Assembly: GCF_052168295.1 (NCBI RefSeq)
Contig: NZ_JBQLZN010000056.1
Span: forward strand, 758 to 64,757
Source of the DNA: Parasphingopyxis sp.
Lineage (GTDB): Bacteria; Pseudomonadota; Alphaproteobacteria; Sphingomonadales; Sphingomonadaceae
Direction of reading: 5' to 3'
Length of the DNA stretch: 64,000 bases
Every line of letters starts with the position of its first letter. Position 1 is the stretch's first letter. Below the pieces are notes generated by a model. It was not told the origin of the DNA and did no database searches. It was given only the letters and a program-made list of their open reading frames with translations. Positions 55,706 to 64,000 of this stretch are shown here, in pieces. The position numbers were made by a program, and so were the translations under genes.

Positions 55706-56347
55706 TCAGGGTCGACCCTTAAACCCTTTCGCTATCACATACCATTCGGACGATCCCTTACGGCTGGCCGGCGGCTTGGCGTGTTTGACGCTGGCGAAGT
55801 TTCGCTTGAGCTCGGCGACGAGCCTATTGTCTGCGCCGCCCGCCAGCACTTTGGCGATGAACGTCCCGCCGGGCCGCAGCACTTCGGTTGCAAACAGGGC
55901 GGCCGCCTCGACGAGCGCCATGGTGCGCAGGTGATCGGTCTGTTTGTGGCCGACCGTGTTCGCCGCCATGTCGGACATGACGAGATCGGCCTCGCCGCCG
56001 AGCGCCTCCTCCAGCTTTTCCGGCGCATCGTCGTCGAGAAAATCCATCTCGAAGATGGTCACGCCTTCGATCGGATCGGTCGGGAGCAGGTCGATGCCGA
56101 CGATCTTGGCGTTCGGCGCCCGCTGTCGCGCGACCTGCGACCAGCCGCCCGGCGCAATGCCGAGATCGACGATCCGTTGAGCACCCTTGAGGAGCTCGAA
56201 CCGCTCGTCCAGCTCGATCAGCTTATAGGCCGATCGCGCGCGATAGCCGTCGGCTTGGGCGCGTTTGACATAGGGATCGTTGATCTGCCGCTCGATCCAG
56301 CGGCGCGAAGATTCGGATCGCCCGCGCGCCTTGCGGACTCGTTTCAT
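55706..56347 (-). CDS. rlmE: 23S rRNA Um2552 2'-O-methyltransferase (FtsJ)
   Basis: YRARSAYKL.E.D, VDLGIAPGGWSQ, VMSDMAA and KPPASRKGSSEWY motifs. Confidence 0.95.
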   Translation of the reverse strand: MKRVRKARGRSESSRRWIERQINDPYVKRAQADGYRARSAYKLIELDERFELLKGAQRIVDLGIAPGGWSQVARQRAPNAKIVGIDLLPTDPIEGVTIFEMDFLDDDAPEKLEEALGGEADLVMSDMAANTVGHKQTDHLRTMALVEAAALFATEVLRPGGTFIAKVLAGGADNRLVAELKRNFASVKHAKPPASRKGSSEWYVIAKGFKGRP

Positions 56348-57417
56348 CGGTCGTTCGCCATCATCGAGCGCAGGATGCCCTCGCGGATACCGCGATCGGC
56401 GATCCCGATACGCTCGGCCGGCCAGATATCGAGAATCGCTTCCAGTATCGCGCAGCCGGCGACGACGAGATCGGCGCGCTCCGCACCGATACACGGTATC
56501 TCCGCGCGCTCCGCGACCGACCTATGCGCGAGATCGGTACTCACCGCGCGCAGCGCTTCCGAGGGTAGGACGAGCCCGTCAATCTTGCTGCGATCATAGC
56601 TCGGCAGTTCGAGGTGGACGCTGGCCAGCGTCGTCACCGTGCCGCTGGTGCCGAGCAGGCGCGGCTGGTAGCCGATGGTTGGCAGGGTGGATGCGAAATC
56701 GGCGAAGCTCTTCGCGACCCGGTTGCGCATCCGTTGGTAGGTATCGAGCCGGTCCTCGAGCGTGGTGAGATCGTTGAACTCCTTCTCCGCCAGGCTGACC
56801 ACGCCCCAGGGCGCGCTGTACCAGGAGAGGATCTGCGGCTCGCCTTCGCGTTCACCGAGGCCGTTCGGCTCGATCAATACGAGCTCTGTCGAGCCGCCGC
56901 CGATATCGAAGATCAGCGCCGGGCCGTCGCCCGGTTCCAGAAGGATATGGCAGCCCAGTACCGCTAGCCGGGCTTCCTCGCGCGGGCTGATGATGTCGAG
57001 CGCGATGCCGGTTTCCTCACGGACCCGGCGGACGAAATAGCGGCCATTGGCGGCCCGCCGGCAGGCTTCGGTAGCGACCGAGCGCGCGAGACTCACATGG
57101 CGGCGGCGCAGCTTGTCCGCGCAGATCGAGAGCGCGGCGATCGATCGGTCGATCGCGGCATCGCTGAGCCGGCCCGTTTTGGAGAGGCCTTCGCCGAGCC
57201 GCACGATACGCGAAAAGGCGTCGATCACGGTGAAGCCGTCTTCGGCCGGCCGCGCGATCAGCAGGCGGCAGTTGTTGGTGCCGAGGTCGAGCGCGCCATA
57301 GCTCCGGCGGCTGTGATAGACGTGTCCGTTGCGATGATGCGGTTTGGGCTGCCGGTCAGTGGCGGCGCGCGGCCGGGCGCCGGTATCTGGTCTGGGGCTG
57401 GCGAATTTGTCGTCCAC
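56344..57417 (-). CDS. Ppx/GppA family phosphatase
   Basis: ALDLGTNNCRL, RLGEG, ATEACR, DIGGGSTE and GIREG motifs. Confidence 0.9.
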   Translation of the reverse strand: MDDKFASPRPDTGARPRAATDRQPKPHHRNGHVYHSRRSYGALDLGTNNCRLLIARPAEDGFTVIDAFSRIVRLGEGLSKTGRLSDAAIDRSIAALSICADKLRRRHVSLARSVATEACRRAANGRYFVRRVREETGIALDIISPREEARLAVLGCHILLEPGDGPALIFDIGGGSTELVLIEPNGLGEREGEPQILSWYSAPWGVVSLAEKEFNDLTTLEDRLDTYQRMRNRVAKSFADFASTLPTIGYQPRLLGTSGTVTTLASVHLELPSYDRSKIDGLVLPSEALRAVSTDLAHRSVAERAEIPCIGAERADLVVAGCAILEAILDIWPAERIGIADRGIREGILRSMMANDR

Positions 57418-57520
57418 GCCGGTTACTTCTTCTAATGCTTATGTTTTCCGAAACGGCTTGTGCCGCCGGTACTTGCGCACAGCCTAGCGCAAAGCCCGGC
57501 AAAAGAGCAAGCAGCCCGGA

Positions 57521-57549
57521 TTGACAGGATTTGCAGCGCTGCCTATGTC
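57521..57549 (+). promoter_or_regulatory. Probable sigma70 promoter of tRNA-Gln
   Basis: TTGACA-N17-TATGTC followed by a GC-rich discriminator, 13 nt before the tRNA. Confidence 0.55.
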
Positions 57550-57562
57550 GCCGCCTCCCGGT

Positions 57563-57636
57563 TGCCCCGTCGTCTAATGGTAAGACTACGGACTCTGACT
57601 CCGTCAATCGTGGTTCGAATCCACGCGGGGCATCCA
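57563..57636 (+). tRNA. tRNA-Gln (anticodon CTG)
   Basis: TGCCCCG acceptor stem paired with CGGGGCA, anticodon arm ACGGA-CTCTGAC-TCCGT, T-loop GGTTCGAATCC and an encoded CCA. Confidence 0.96.
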
Positions 57637-57685
57637 GCCTTTCTGCCATGATTAGTCGAAGCCGCACCCGGCGGTGTTCCGTCAT

Positions 57686-58318
57686 CTATTGTTTGCCGGC
57701 AAACAGCGCGGCCGCGGGTCCCCGACATGGCAGCCGGCAGGTCGTGAACTCGCCGGTCCGTGCGATCGTTTCCTCCACCGTCTCGGACGACAGGAAAGTG
57801 CCGGTCTTTCGACCTTCGACGATGCGGCGCAGCAGCCAAGGCGCAAAACCGCCTGCATCACGGTCCGAACAGAATGCGATACAAAGCGCACCACCTTTCT
57901 TCACGACGCGGCACATCTCCGCGATGGCGCATTTCGGGTCGATCGTCGTTTCCAGGGCCCAGGCGCAGGTTACGATGTCGAAAGCCCCGTCAGGAAGCGG
58001 GAGCGTTTCGAGATGGCCGCATATCTGGCGAGCGCGGATGTCGCCGCACCGGGCGAGCATCGCCGGGCTAGGGTCAAGCAACGTCAGTTCGATTTCCCCG
58101 TCGCTCTGTTGGAGGAGCCGGCGGGCGAACGCCCCGGTGCCGCACCCGGCATCGAGAAGACGCATGCCCGGGCGCAGCGCGACCCGGATCGCGGCCTCCA
58201 GCGCGCTCTGCGCTTCGCCGCCCGCATGGCGTAACCATAGGGCGTGCGACCGGTCGTAGCGCGGCGCCAACCGGTCATAGATTGCGACGGTGGCGCGCGA
58301 TGGTGCAGATTCCGTCAT
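57686..58318 (-). CDS. Class I SAM-dependent methyltransferase (UbiE-like)
   Basis: LLDAGCGTG, LP.PDGAFDIVTC and VKKGG motifs. ATGA overlap with the upstream gene. Confidence 0.82.
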   Translation of the reverse strand: MTESAPSRATVAIYDRLAPRYDRSHALWLRHAGGEAQSALEAAIRVALRPGMRLLDAGCGTGAFARRLLQQSDGEIELTLLDPSPAMLARCGDIRARQICGHLETLPLPDGAFDIVTCAWALETTIDPKCAIAEMCRVVKKGGALCIAFCSDRDAGGFAPWLLRRIVEGRKTGTFLSSETVEETIARTGEFTTCRLPCRGPAAALFAGKQ

Positions 58319-58962
58319 CGCTTGCGCCGGGCAATCAGAAACAGACTGACGCCCTTGTCCGGTTTCCAACGATGGTCGATCTTGAAGCCGCGCGTTTCGA
58401 TGTCCCGTTCCAGTTCACGGGCCTTTATCATTTCCACATGAGGGATCAGGCCCGCCAGCCGTCCGGCCGGTGCAAACAGACCAAACCATGCCATCGTGTC
58501 GGCCAGGCAGGCCGTACTGGTCACAAAAAGGCCACCAGGGGTCAGCATCCGGTGAACCTTGTCGATAATGCCGTTGCGGTCCTTCAGGAGATGCAAAACG
58601 TTCAATCCCAATATGGCGTCGAAGCTGCCGTCTGGCGCCTCAAAATCTGCGATGTCGGCTCGCGAGAAAGTGACGTTGTCAACGCCCGTGCTCCGTTGTT
58701 TCGCGCGAGCAATTTCGATCATTCGTTCAGAGATATCCGTCGCGAGTACATGGCGGACATGAGGCGCATGTTCGAGCGCGGTAGACCCTGTTCCGCAACC
58801 GAACTCCAAGATTTTCGTCTCCGGCGCAAAATTGGTCTGTGTGAGCCAGAGCTTGGTGCGATAGCTCGCTTCGTCGGCGACCGGCTTTTGCGCGTAGCGA
58901 TCGGCCACCTTGTCCCAGAATCGCGCTTCGGCAGATGGTTTCTTCATTGTCAGGTCGGTCAT
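58315..58962 (-). CDS. Class I SAM-dependent methyltransferase
   Basis: FWDKVADRYA, ILEFGCGTGS, DIS.RMIEIA and L.PGGLFV motifs. Confidence 0.88.
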   Translation of the reverse strand: MTDLTMKKPSAEARFWDKVADRYAQKPVADEASYRTKLWLTQTNFAPETKILEFGCGTGSTALEHAPHVRHVLATDISERMIEIARAKQRSTGVDNVTFSRADIADFEAPDGSFDAILGLNVLHLLKDRNGIIDKVHRMLTPGGLFVTSTACLADTMAWFGLFAPAGRLAGLIPHVEMIKARELERDIETRGFKIDHRWKPDKGVSLFLIARRKR

Positions 58963-59052
58963 TATGCTTCGTCCGCAATGTGTTCCATAATTCGCGGACC
59001 GAAATAGCTGTACGTTTTCGTCTGATAAATTGACTAAAAATGCGGGTTGTTT

Positions 59053-59066
59053 ATGCAATAATGCAT
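59053..59066. promoter_or_regulatory. Palindrome overlapping the LysR start codon (candidate autoregulatory operator)
   Basis: ATGCA-ATAA-TGCAT. Confidence 0.45.
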
Positions 59067-59955
59067 GGATTGGCGCTCGGTGAAGTTCGACTGGAACCGC
59101 GCACGAGCGTTTCTCGTGACGGCTGAAGAGGGGTCGCTTTCGGCAGCCGCACGAGCGCTTGGCATGTCCCAGCCGACGCTTGGCCGGCAGGTTAGCGCGC
59201 TTGAGCAGGAACTTGGCGTGGTGCTTTTCGAACGGATCGGTCGCAGCCTGTCGCTGACCCCGAGCGGACTGGAGCTTGTCGATCATGTACGCGCGATGGG
59301 AGAAGCCGCCACCCGCTTTTCGCTCGGCGCGTCCGGCCAGTCGCAAGCGATCGAAGGGAAGGTGACGATCACCGCAACCGAGATCGCGGCGGCTTTTGCG
59401 CTACCGCGGATGATTCACGATCTGCGCCGGGCGGAACCCGGGATTCAGATAGAAATCGTGGCGTCGAACAGCATCAGTGATCTGCGCCGAAGAGAAGCCG
59501 ATATTGCCATACGGGGATTGCGGCCTACCGATCCGGAACTCATTGCGCGCAAGGTCCGCGAGGATACGGCTTTCCCGTACGCGGCAGAAAGCTACATCGC
59601 CGACAACGGCGAATTAGCGACTCCAGAAGAATTCTCACGCGCGGAATTCATCGGCTTTCAGGACAACAAACCGTTTCTGGAGGGATTGAAGGCAATGGGA
59701 CTGACGGTCACCCGAGATAACTTTCCGGTCATCTGCGAGACCCATCTGGTGCAGTGGGAGTTGTTGAAGGAAGGGCTCGGGGTAGTGTTCATGCCCCGCT
59801 ACATTGGCGATCGCGAACCCGGTATTCGCCGGGTTGCGAATTGGATGCCCCCGTTCGAGTTCGAAATATGGCTCGTTGCGCATCGCGAGCTGAACACCAG
59901 CCGCAGGATCAGGCTCGTTTTCGACTGGCTCGTCGACGCTTGGAAGAAACTGTAG
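59065..59955 (+). CDS. LysR family transcriptional regulator
   Basis: AEEGSLSAAARALGMSQPTLGRQV..LE..LG..LF.R HTH and READIAIR substrate domain. Confidence 0.95.
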   Translation: MDWRSVKFDWNRARAFLVTAEEGSLSAAARALGMSQPTLGRQVSALEQELGVVLFERIGRSLSLTPSGLELVDHVRAMGEAATRFSLGASGQSQAIEGKVTITATEIAAAFALPRMIHDLRRAEPGIQIEIVASNSISDLRRREADIAIRGLRPTDPELIARKVREDTAFPYAAESYIADNGELATPEEFSRAEFIGFQDNKPFLEGLKAMGLTVTRDNFPVICETHLVQWELLKEGLGVVFMPRYIGDREPGIRRVANWMPPFEFEIWLVAHRELNTSRRIRLVFDWLVDAWKKL

Positions 59956-60073
59956 CGCTTGAAGCGCGGCGGGTAAGAAGCGCCTATCGTCGTCTCATTA
60001 TTGTCGAAGCCTGTAACGTCATCGCCATCGTGCGCGAATGGGCGTATGGATGGCTTTGAAAAAGGGGCAGGAA

Positions 60074-60955
60074 ATGGCGAGAGACGATGTAGAGGCGGCC
60101 GAGCCGCAACCGGGCGAGCTGGTAAAGCGGCACAGGATTTCCACCCGTCTTTGGCACTGGACCAATGCCGTCGCGATCATCGTCCTGCTGATGAGCGGCC
60201 TCTCCATCTTCAACGCGCATCCGCGGCTCTATTGGGGCAGCTATGGCGCGAATTTCGACGAGGCCTGGCTCGAAATCTACAGCGAGGACGATCGCGGTTA
60301 TCTCGAAATCGGCGACTGGCGCTGGGACACCACCGGCGTGCTCGGCCGCTGGACCGAACCCGACGGCGATATTTCGACCCGGGCCTTTCCGCACTGGTCG
60401 ACCATTCCTGGTTATTACAGCCTCGCGACTGGCCGGCTCTGGCACTTTTTCTTCGCCTGGATCCTCGTGCTGGGCGGGCTCGCTTACTGGTTCTGGAGTT
60501 TCGGCAACCGCCATGTGCAGCGCGATCTCACGCCCAAGCGCAAGGAATTATCGGTCAAACATATCTGGCACGACATCAAGGATCACGCGCGGCTGCGCTT
60601 TCCGACCGGGGCCGAGGCGTTGAAGTACAATATCCTGCAAAAGCTCAGTTATCTGATCGTGCTGTTCGTGCTGCTGCCGCTGATCGTGCTGACGGGGCTC
60701 ACCATGTCGCCGACGATGAATGCGGCCTGGCCCTGGTTGCTCGATATATTCGGCGGGCGGCAATCGGCGCGGTCGATCCATTTCATCGTCGCGTTCCTGA
60801 TCGTCGGCTTCATCGCCGTGCACCTGATCATGGTGGTGCTCGCGGGGCCCTATAACGAGATCCGCTCGATGATCACGGGCCGCTTCCGCCTGCCCAAGGA
60901 GAAGGCGCCGAAAGCCGCACCCGCCACCGACACGCCCGCCGAGGAGTCCGCATAA
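60074..60955 (+). CDS. Cytochrome b/b6 domain membrane protein (YdhU/MsrQ-like partner)
   Basis: RLWHW.NA...L.SG..IFNAHP, WHFFFAW, YN.LQK..Y and RSIHF...HL heme ligands. Confidence 0.85.
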   Translation: MARDDVEAAEPQPGELVKRHRISTRLWHWTNAVAIIVLLMSGLSIFNAHPRLYWGSYGANFDEAWLEIYSEDDRGYLEIGDWRWDTTGVLGRWTEPDGDISTRAFPHWSTIPGYYSLATGRLWHFFFAWILVLGGLAYWFWSFGNRHVQRDLTPKRKELSVKHIWHDIKDHARLRFPTGAEALKYNILQKLSYLIVLFVLLPLIVLTGLTMSPTMNAAWPWLLDIFGGRQSARSIHFIVAFLIVGFIAVHLIMVVLAGPYNEIRSMITGRFRLPKEKAPKAAPATDTPAEESA

Positions 60956-61725
60956 TGGCCATCATGACGAACCGCCGCAAACTTCTCGCCGGGCTGGGTA
61001 GTTCTGTGCTGCTCGCGGGATGCGACAGCTGGAGCCGCAGCGAGCGCGTCAGAAACGTCCTCGCTTCGGCCGAGGGGCTGACTATGCGCGCCCAGCGGCT
61101 GATCACGGACCGCGAGGCGCTGGCGCGCGAGTTCACGCTGGCCGAGATTTCGCCGCGCTTCCGCGCCAATGGCAGCCGCACCGCCGAGACGGCGCAGGGC
61201 CGGGACTATCAGGAGATGCTCGCGAACAATTTCGCCGATTTCCGGCTGCAGGTGGACGGGCTGGTGCAGCGCCCGCTGTCGCTGTCACTGGCCGACCTGC
61301 GCGCCATGCCGAGCCGGACGCAGATCACGCGGCACGATTGCGTCGAAGGCTGGAGCGCGATCGGGCAATGGCGCGGCACGCCGCTCTCCCGTATCCTCGA
61401 TCTGGCCGGATTGCGCGACAATGCCAATTACATCGTCTTCCACTGCGCGGACACCTATGGCGCGCAAAACCGACCCTACTATGAAAGCATCGACCTGATT
61501 GACGCCTTCCACCCGCAGACGATCCTTGCCTACGATATGAACGGTGACGTGTTGCCCGAAGCCCATGGCGCACCCCTGCGTGCCCGGATCGAACGGCAGC
61601 TCGGCTACAAGCACGCCAAATTCGTGATGCGGCTGGAGGCCGTCGAGAGCTTCGACGACATCTACGGCGGCAAGGGCGGCTATTGGGAGGATGTCGGCGG
61701 CTATGCCTGGTATGCGGGGATTTGA
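60955..61725 (+). CDS. Molybdopterin-dependent oxidoreductase (sulfite oxidase / MsrP-like), Tat-exported
   Basis: NRRKLL twin-arginine motif, LAGC, HDCVEGWS, HGAPLR and GYK..K motifs. Confidence 0.88.
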   Translation: MAIMTNRRKLLAGLGSSVLLAGCDSWSRSERVRNVLASAEGLTMRAQRLITDREALAREFTLAEISPRFRANGSRTAETAQGRDYQEMLANNFADFRLQVDGLVQRPLSLSLADLRAMPSRTQITRHDCVEGWSAIGQWRGTPLSRILDLAGLRDNANYIVFHCADTYGAQNRPYYESIDLIDAFHPQTILAYDMNGDVLPEAHGAPLRARIERQLGYKHAKFVMRLEAVESFDDIYGGKGGYWEDVGGYAWYAGI

Positions 61726-61727
61726 AA

Positions 61728-61898
61728 CCTTCTCCCCTTGTGGGAGAAGGATACGAAGCTTTGGGAGCGAAGCGAGCTAAGCGTAGTTGGATGAGGGGTT
61801 GGGCCTATCGAGAGGGCATTACCCCTCACCCAGCTCCGACTATGTCCGCGCCACGCGCAGACCAAGTCTGCACATCCCTCTCCCACAAGGGGAGAGGA
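61728..61898. repeat. About 170-bp MITE/REP-like element with roughly 22-bp terminal inverted repeats
   Basis: Left CCTTCTCCCCTTGTGGGAGAAGG and right CCCTCTCCCACAAGGGGAGAGG are near reverse complements. Inner GAGGGG/CCCCTC inverted repeat. No ORF. Confidence 0.75.
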
Positions 61899-61899
61899 T

Positions 61900-62631
61900 T
61901 TAGCCGGTTTCCTCATCCCGCATATCCTCATCGCCACGATATTTGAGCTTGAGGAACGTTTTCTGCGTCGCCAGCGCATCGAGCTCGCCGCTGGCGAGCT
62001 GACGGGTCATGCGGCTGATCTCGTCATTAACGATGTCCAGACCTTCGACGAGCTGCTTTTCGGGCGTGCGGCCGCCATGGCTTTCCTCACGGCGCAGGTG
62101 ATCGGGCACGCGTTTATAGCCTTCGACGAGTTCGGGAAGCTCCACGCCGACGAGGCGGCGCACCTCGACGGCCGCCGGCTCGCGCGGGTCGAGATTGGCG
62201 AGCTGCGGGCGCAGTTCCTCGAGCCGCACGGCGATCTGGTCGAGCTTGCGATTGGCGGGCGCGGGCAGGGCGAGGCGCTGTTTGGCCAGCCAGTTTTCGG
62301 TGTTGGAGGGCAGGGCGGGCAGCTCGCTCTCCATCAGTTTTTCCTGCGTCACGTCAGGCTCGCGGCTGCCCGCGATCAGCACCGTCAGCATCACGAAAAA
62401 GGTGACGAGCACGGTCAGCATCATCCAGGCGAAACCGAAGCTGCCGATCAGGAGGCCGGTGGCCGTCATCCCGATAATCGCGGCGAGCGCGAACAGCACG
62501 CCGCGCCGCAGCCGTCGTACGAACGCTTGCTGGCGGCGCTGGCGCTGGCGGCGTGCCAGCTCGCGCGCCTGTGGCGATACGCGGCGGAGCAGTTCGTCAG
62601 CCTGGGCGAGGATACGGTCGCTGGTAGTCAC
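61900..62631 (-). CDS. Membrane protein, possibly XpaC-like (5-bromo-4-chloroindolyl phosphate hydrolysis family)
   Basis: Two TM helices followed by a helical domain (ELPELVEGY). Immediately downstream of a telA-like gene; tentative. Confidence 0.55.
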   Translation of the reverse strand: MTTSDRILAQADELLRRVSPQARELARRQRQRRQQAFVRRLRRGVLFALAAIIGMTATGLLIGSFGFAWMMLTVLVTFFVMLTVLIAGSREPDVTQEKLMESELPALPSNTENWLAKQRLALPAPANRKLDQIAVRLEELRPQLANLDPREPAAVEVRRLVGVELPELVEGYKRVPDHLRREESHGGRTPEKQLVEGLDIVNDEISRMTRQLASGELDALATQKTFLKLKYRGDEDMRDEETG

Positions 62632-62639
62632 TTAGGTCT

Positions 62640-63851
62640 TTATCCCTCCAGCGCTTCGAACGGGGTAGCCTGGCTTTTTGATGCACCTTCGGCCCGCGCG
62701 ATATAGCCTTTCGACTTTTCCACCTCGTCGGAGAGGACGGTCACCGTCTGCTTCATCGAGCCGAGTGCTTCGAGCTTGAACCGGTCGATCTCGTCCATCG
62801 TATCGTAGATATTCTGGAAGGCGCGTTGCAGCGTTTCGAGCGGGATCGTCGAAGAGGCGGCCTGCTGGTGCACGTCCGCGGTGGTCGTGCGCAGCATCTC
62901 GCCGGTCGAATCGATCATGTTCGCGGTCGTCTCGTTGAGTGCGGTAATCTGGCCGAGGACGAGCTTCTGGTTGGTCATCGCCTGGGCGACGGTGACCGCC
63001 GTGCGCAGCGCGCCGACAGTGGTCGTCGAGGCACGGTCGACGCCCTTGATCAGCTCGACATTGTTCTTCTTGACGAGATCGAGCGCGAGATAGCCCTGCA
63101 CCGATACCGCCATTTGCGTCAGCAGATCCTGCGTCCGCTGGCGGATATAGAAGAGCGCGGTTTCCTTGATTGCCTTCGATTTTTCCGGGTCGGTGACTTC
63201 GAGCTCGACCGCTTTCTCCTCGAGCTTCGCATCGAGCGCCTTGGCGACATAGATCATCTGCTCGAGCCGGCCCATCGCGTCCCACAGCTTCTGCCGCTCG
63301 ACCGAGATCGCCGCATTGTCCTTGATCAGCTCGTCCTTGCCTGAGGCGAGGCGCTTGAGGATCGCCGCGATATGGCTCTGTGCCGATTTGTAGGAATCGA
63401 AATAGTTGCGGAGCTTGCTGCCCCAGGGGATGATCCCGAAAATCTTGCGCTTCGACGTCAGGTCGCCGCGCGAGCCCGGATCGAGGTCTTCGACCGTGCG
63501 GCGCAGCTCGGACAGGTCGGTCCCGATCGCGCTATTCTCGTCCATCGAGCGGACGGGCCGGTCGAGGAAGCGGTTGGACTGGCCGGCCGCATCGGCGATT
63601 TCCTTGCGGCCCATATTGGTGATCTGATCGACCTTCTCGCCGAATTCTGGGCTGTTCGCATCGAGTTCGATCAATTCGCCGACAAAGCCGTTGACCTTCT
63701 CGTCGAGCTTCGCCTGCTTTTCGGGTTCCACGGGCACAAGCCCGGCCGCCTTTTCCGCCGTGACCGCGGGCACCGGATCGGGTGCGTCGAGCGTGAGGCC
63801 CGTATCGACCTTGGTGGCTGTTGTGGTTTCATTTGCCGGTGTCGTGGCCAT
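62640..63851 (-). CDS. Toxic anion resistance protein (TelA/KlaA family)
   Basis: Coiled-coil protein with KIFG.IP, L.KDN, DL.TQ.AV..QG..A...V..NN..L and AQA...QKLV motifs. Confidence 0.85.
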   Translation of the reverse strand: MATTPANETTTATKVDTGLTLDAPDPVPAVTAEKAAGLVPVEPEKQAKLDEKVNGFVGELIELDANSPEFGEKVDQITNMGRKEIADAAGQSNRFLDRPVRSMDENSAIGTDLSELRRTVEDLDPGSRGDLTSKRKIFGIIPWGSKLRNYFDSYKSAQSHIAAILKRLASGKDELIKDNAAISVERQKLWDAMGRLEQMIYVAKALDAKLEEKAVELEVTDPEKSKAIKETALFYIRQRTQDLLTQMAVSVQGYLALDLVKKNNVELIKGVDRASTTTVGALRTAVTVAQAMTNQKLVLGQITALNETTANMIDSTGEMLRTTTADVHQQAASSTIPLETLQRAFQNIYDTMDEIDRFKLEALGSMKQTVTVLSDEVEKSKGYIARAEGASKSQATPFEALEG

Positions 63852-64000
63852 GCCTGTTTCCCTTCTCCTCGGACTGCCTCCTAAATGCCGTCCAAGCGTG
63901 ACTTTTTCAAGGTGCGTATTACAGATATAATACACTTGATCCGATATGTCACCTAGCCGTTGATAATCCGTGGCTTTTGGCCGGATTTACCGGCATGAGG

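Noticed and set aside
57610-60050. Active integrative element at tRNA-Gln
   Set aside because: No integrase and no repeat of the tRNA 3' end (attR) found downstream in the window.
1-64000. CRISPR array, prophage, IS transposase, rRNA
   Set aside because: No regularly spaced direct repeats, phage structural genes, transposase motifs or rRNA-like sequence were seen.

Overview
GC-rich alphaproteobacterial chromosome segment. The gene set and synteny (hflK-hflC-degP, thyA-folA-ribF-ileS-lspA, amiC/rne, plant-type gshA, queF type I) point to Sphingomonadales; this is an inference, not a database result. It is mostly core housekeeping genes: argE, gshA, rsmE, ubiA, pmbA, mrp, hflKC, degP, queF, phrB-type photolyase, sseA, metC, an MscS channel, an Opp-type ABC transporter with no binding protein, lspA, ileS, ribF, folA, thyA, prfB, PBP1A, amiC, rne, rlmE, a Ppx/GppA gene and tRNA-Gln(CTG). 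Small accessory inserts are a methyltransferase/AraC/desaturase cassette at 2.0-4.8 kb, an MHYT-GGDEF-EAL + BLUF pair at 41.4-43.9 kb and a two-methyltransferase + LysR islet after tRNA-Gln. I saw no CRISPR array, integrase, transposase or prophage. The most unusual signals are: (1) a stack of three palindromic elements inserted in frame into ileS, one sharing 14 identical nt with an intergenic REP-like element upstream of prfB; (2) a stand-alone BLUF photoreceptor translationally coupled to a c-di-GMP enzyme; (3) a self-contained AraC cassette with a shared upstream motif and degenerate inverted ends; (4) tandem PhaR-type boxes before an uncharacterised small gene; (5) a GDPD homologue that has lost its catalytic histidines; (6) five convergent gene pairs that all overlap at CTAG. 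Start codons were chosen by eye, and products were assigned from recognised motifs only.
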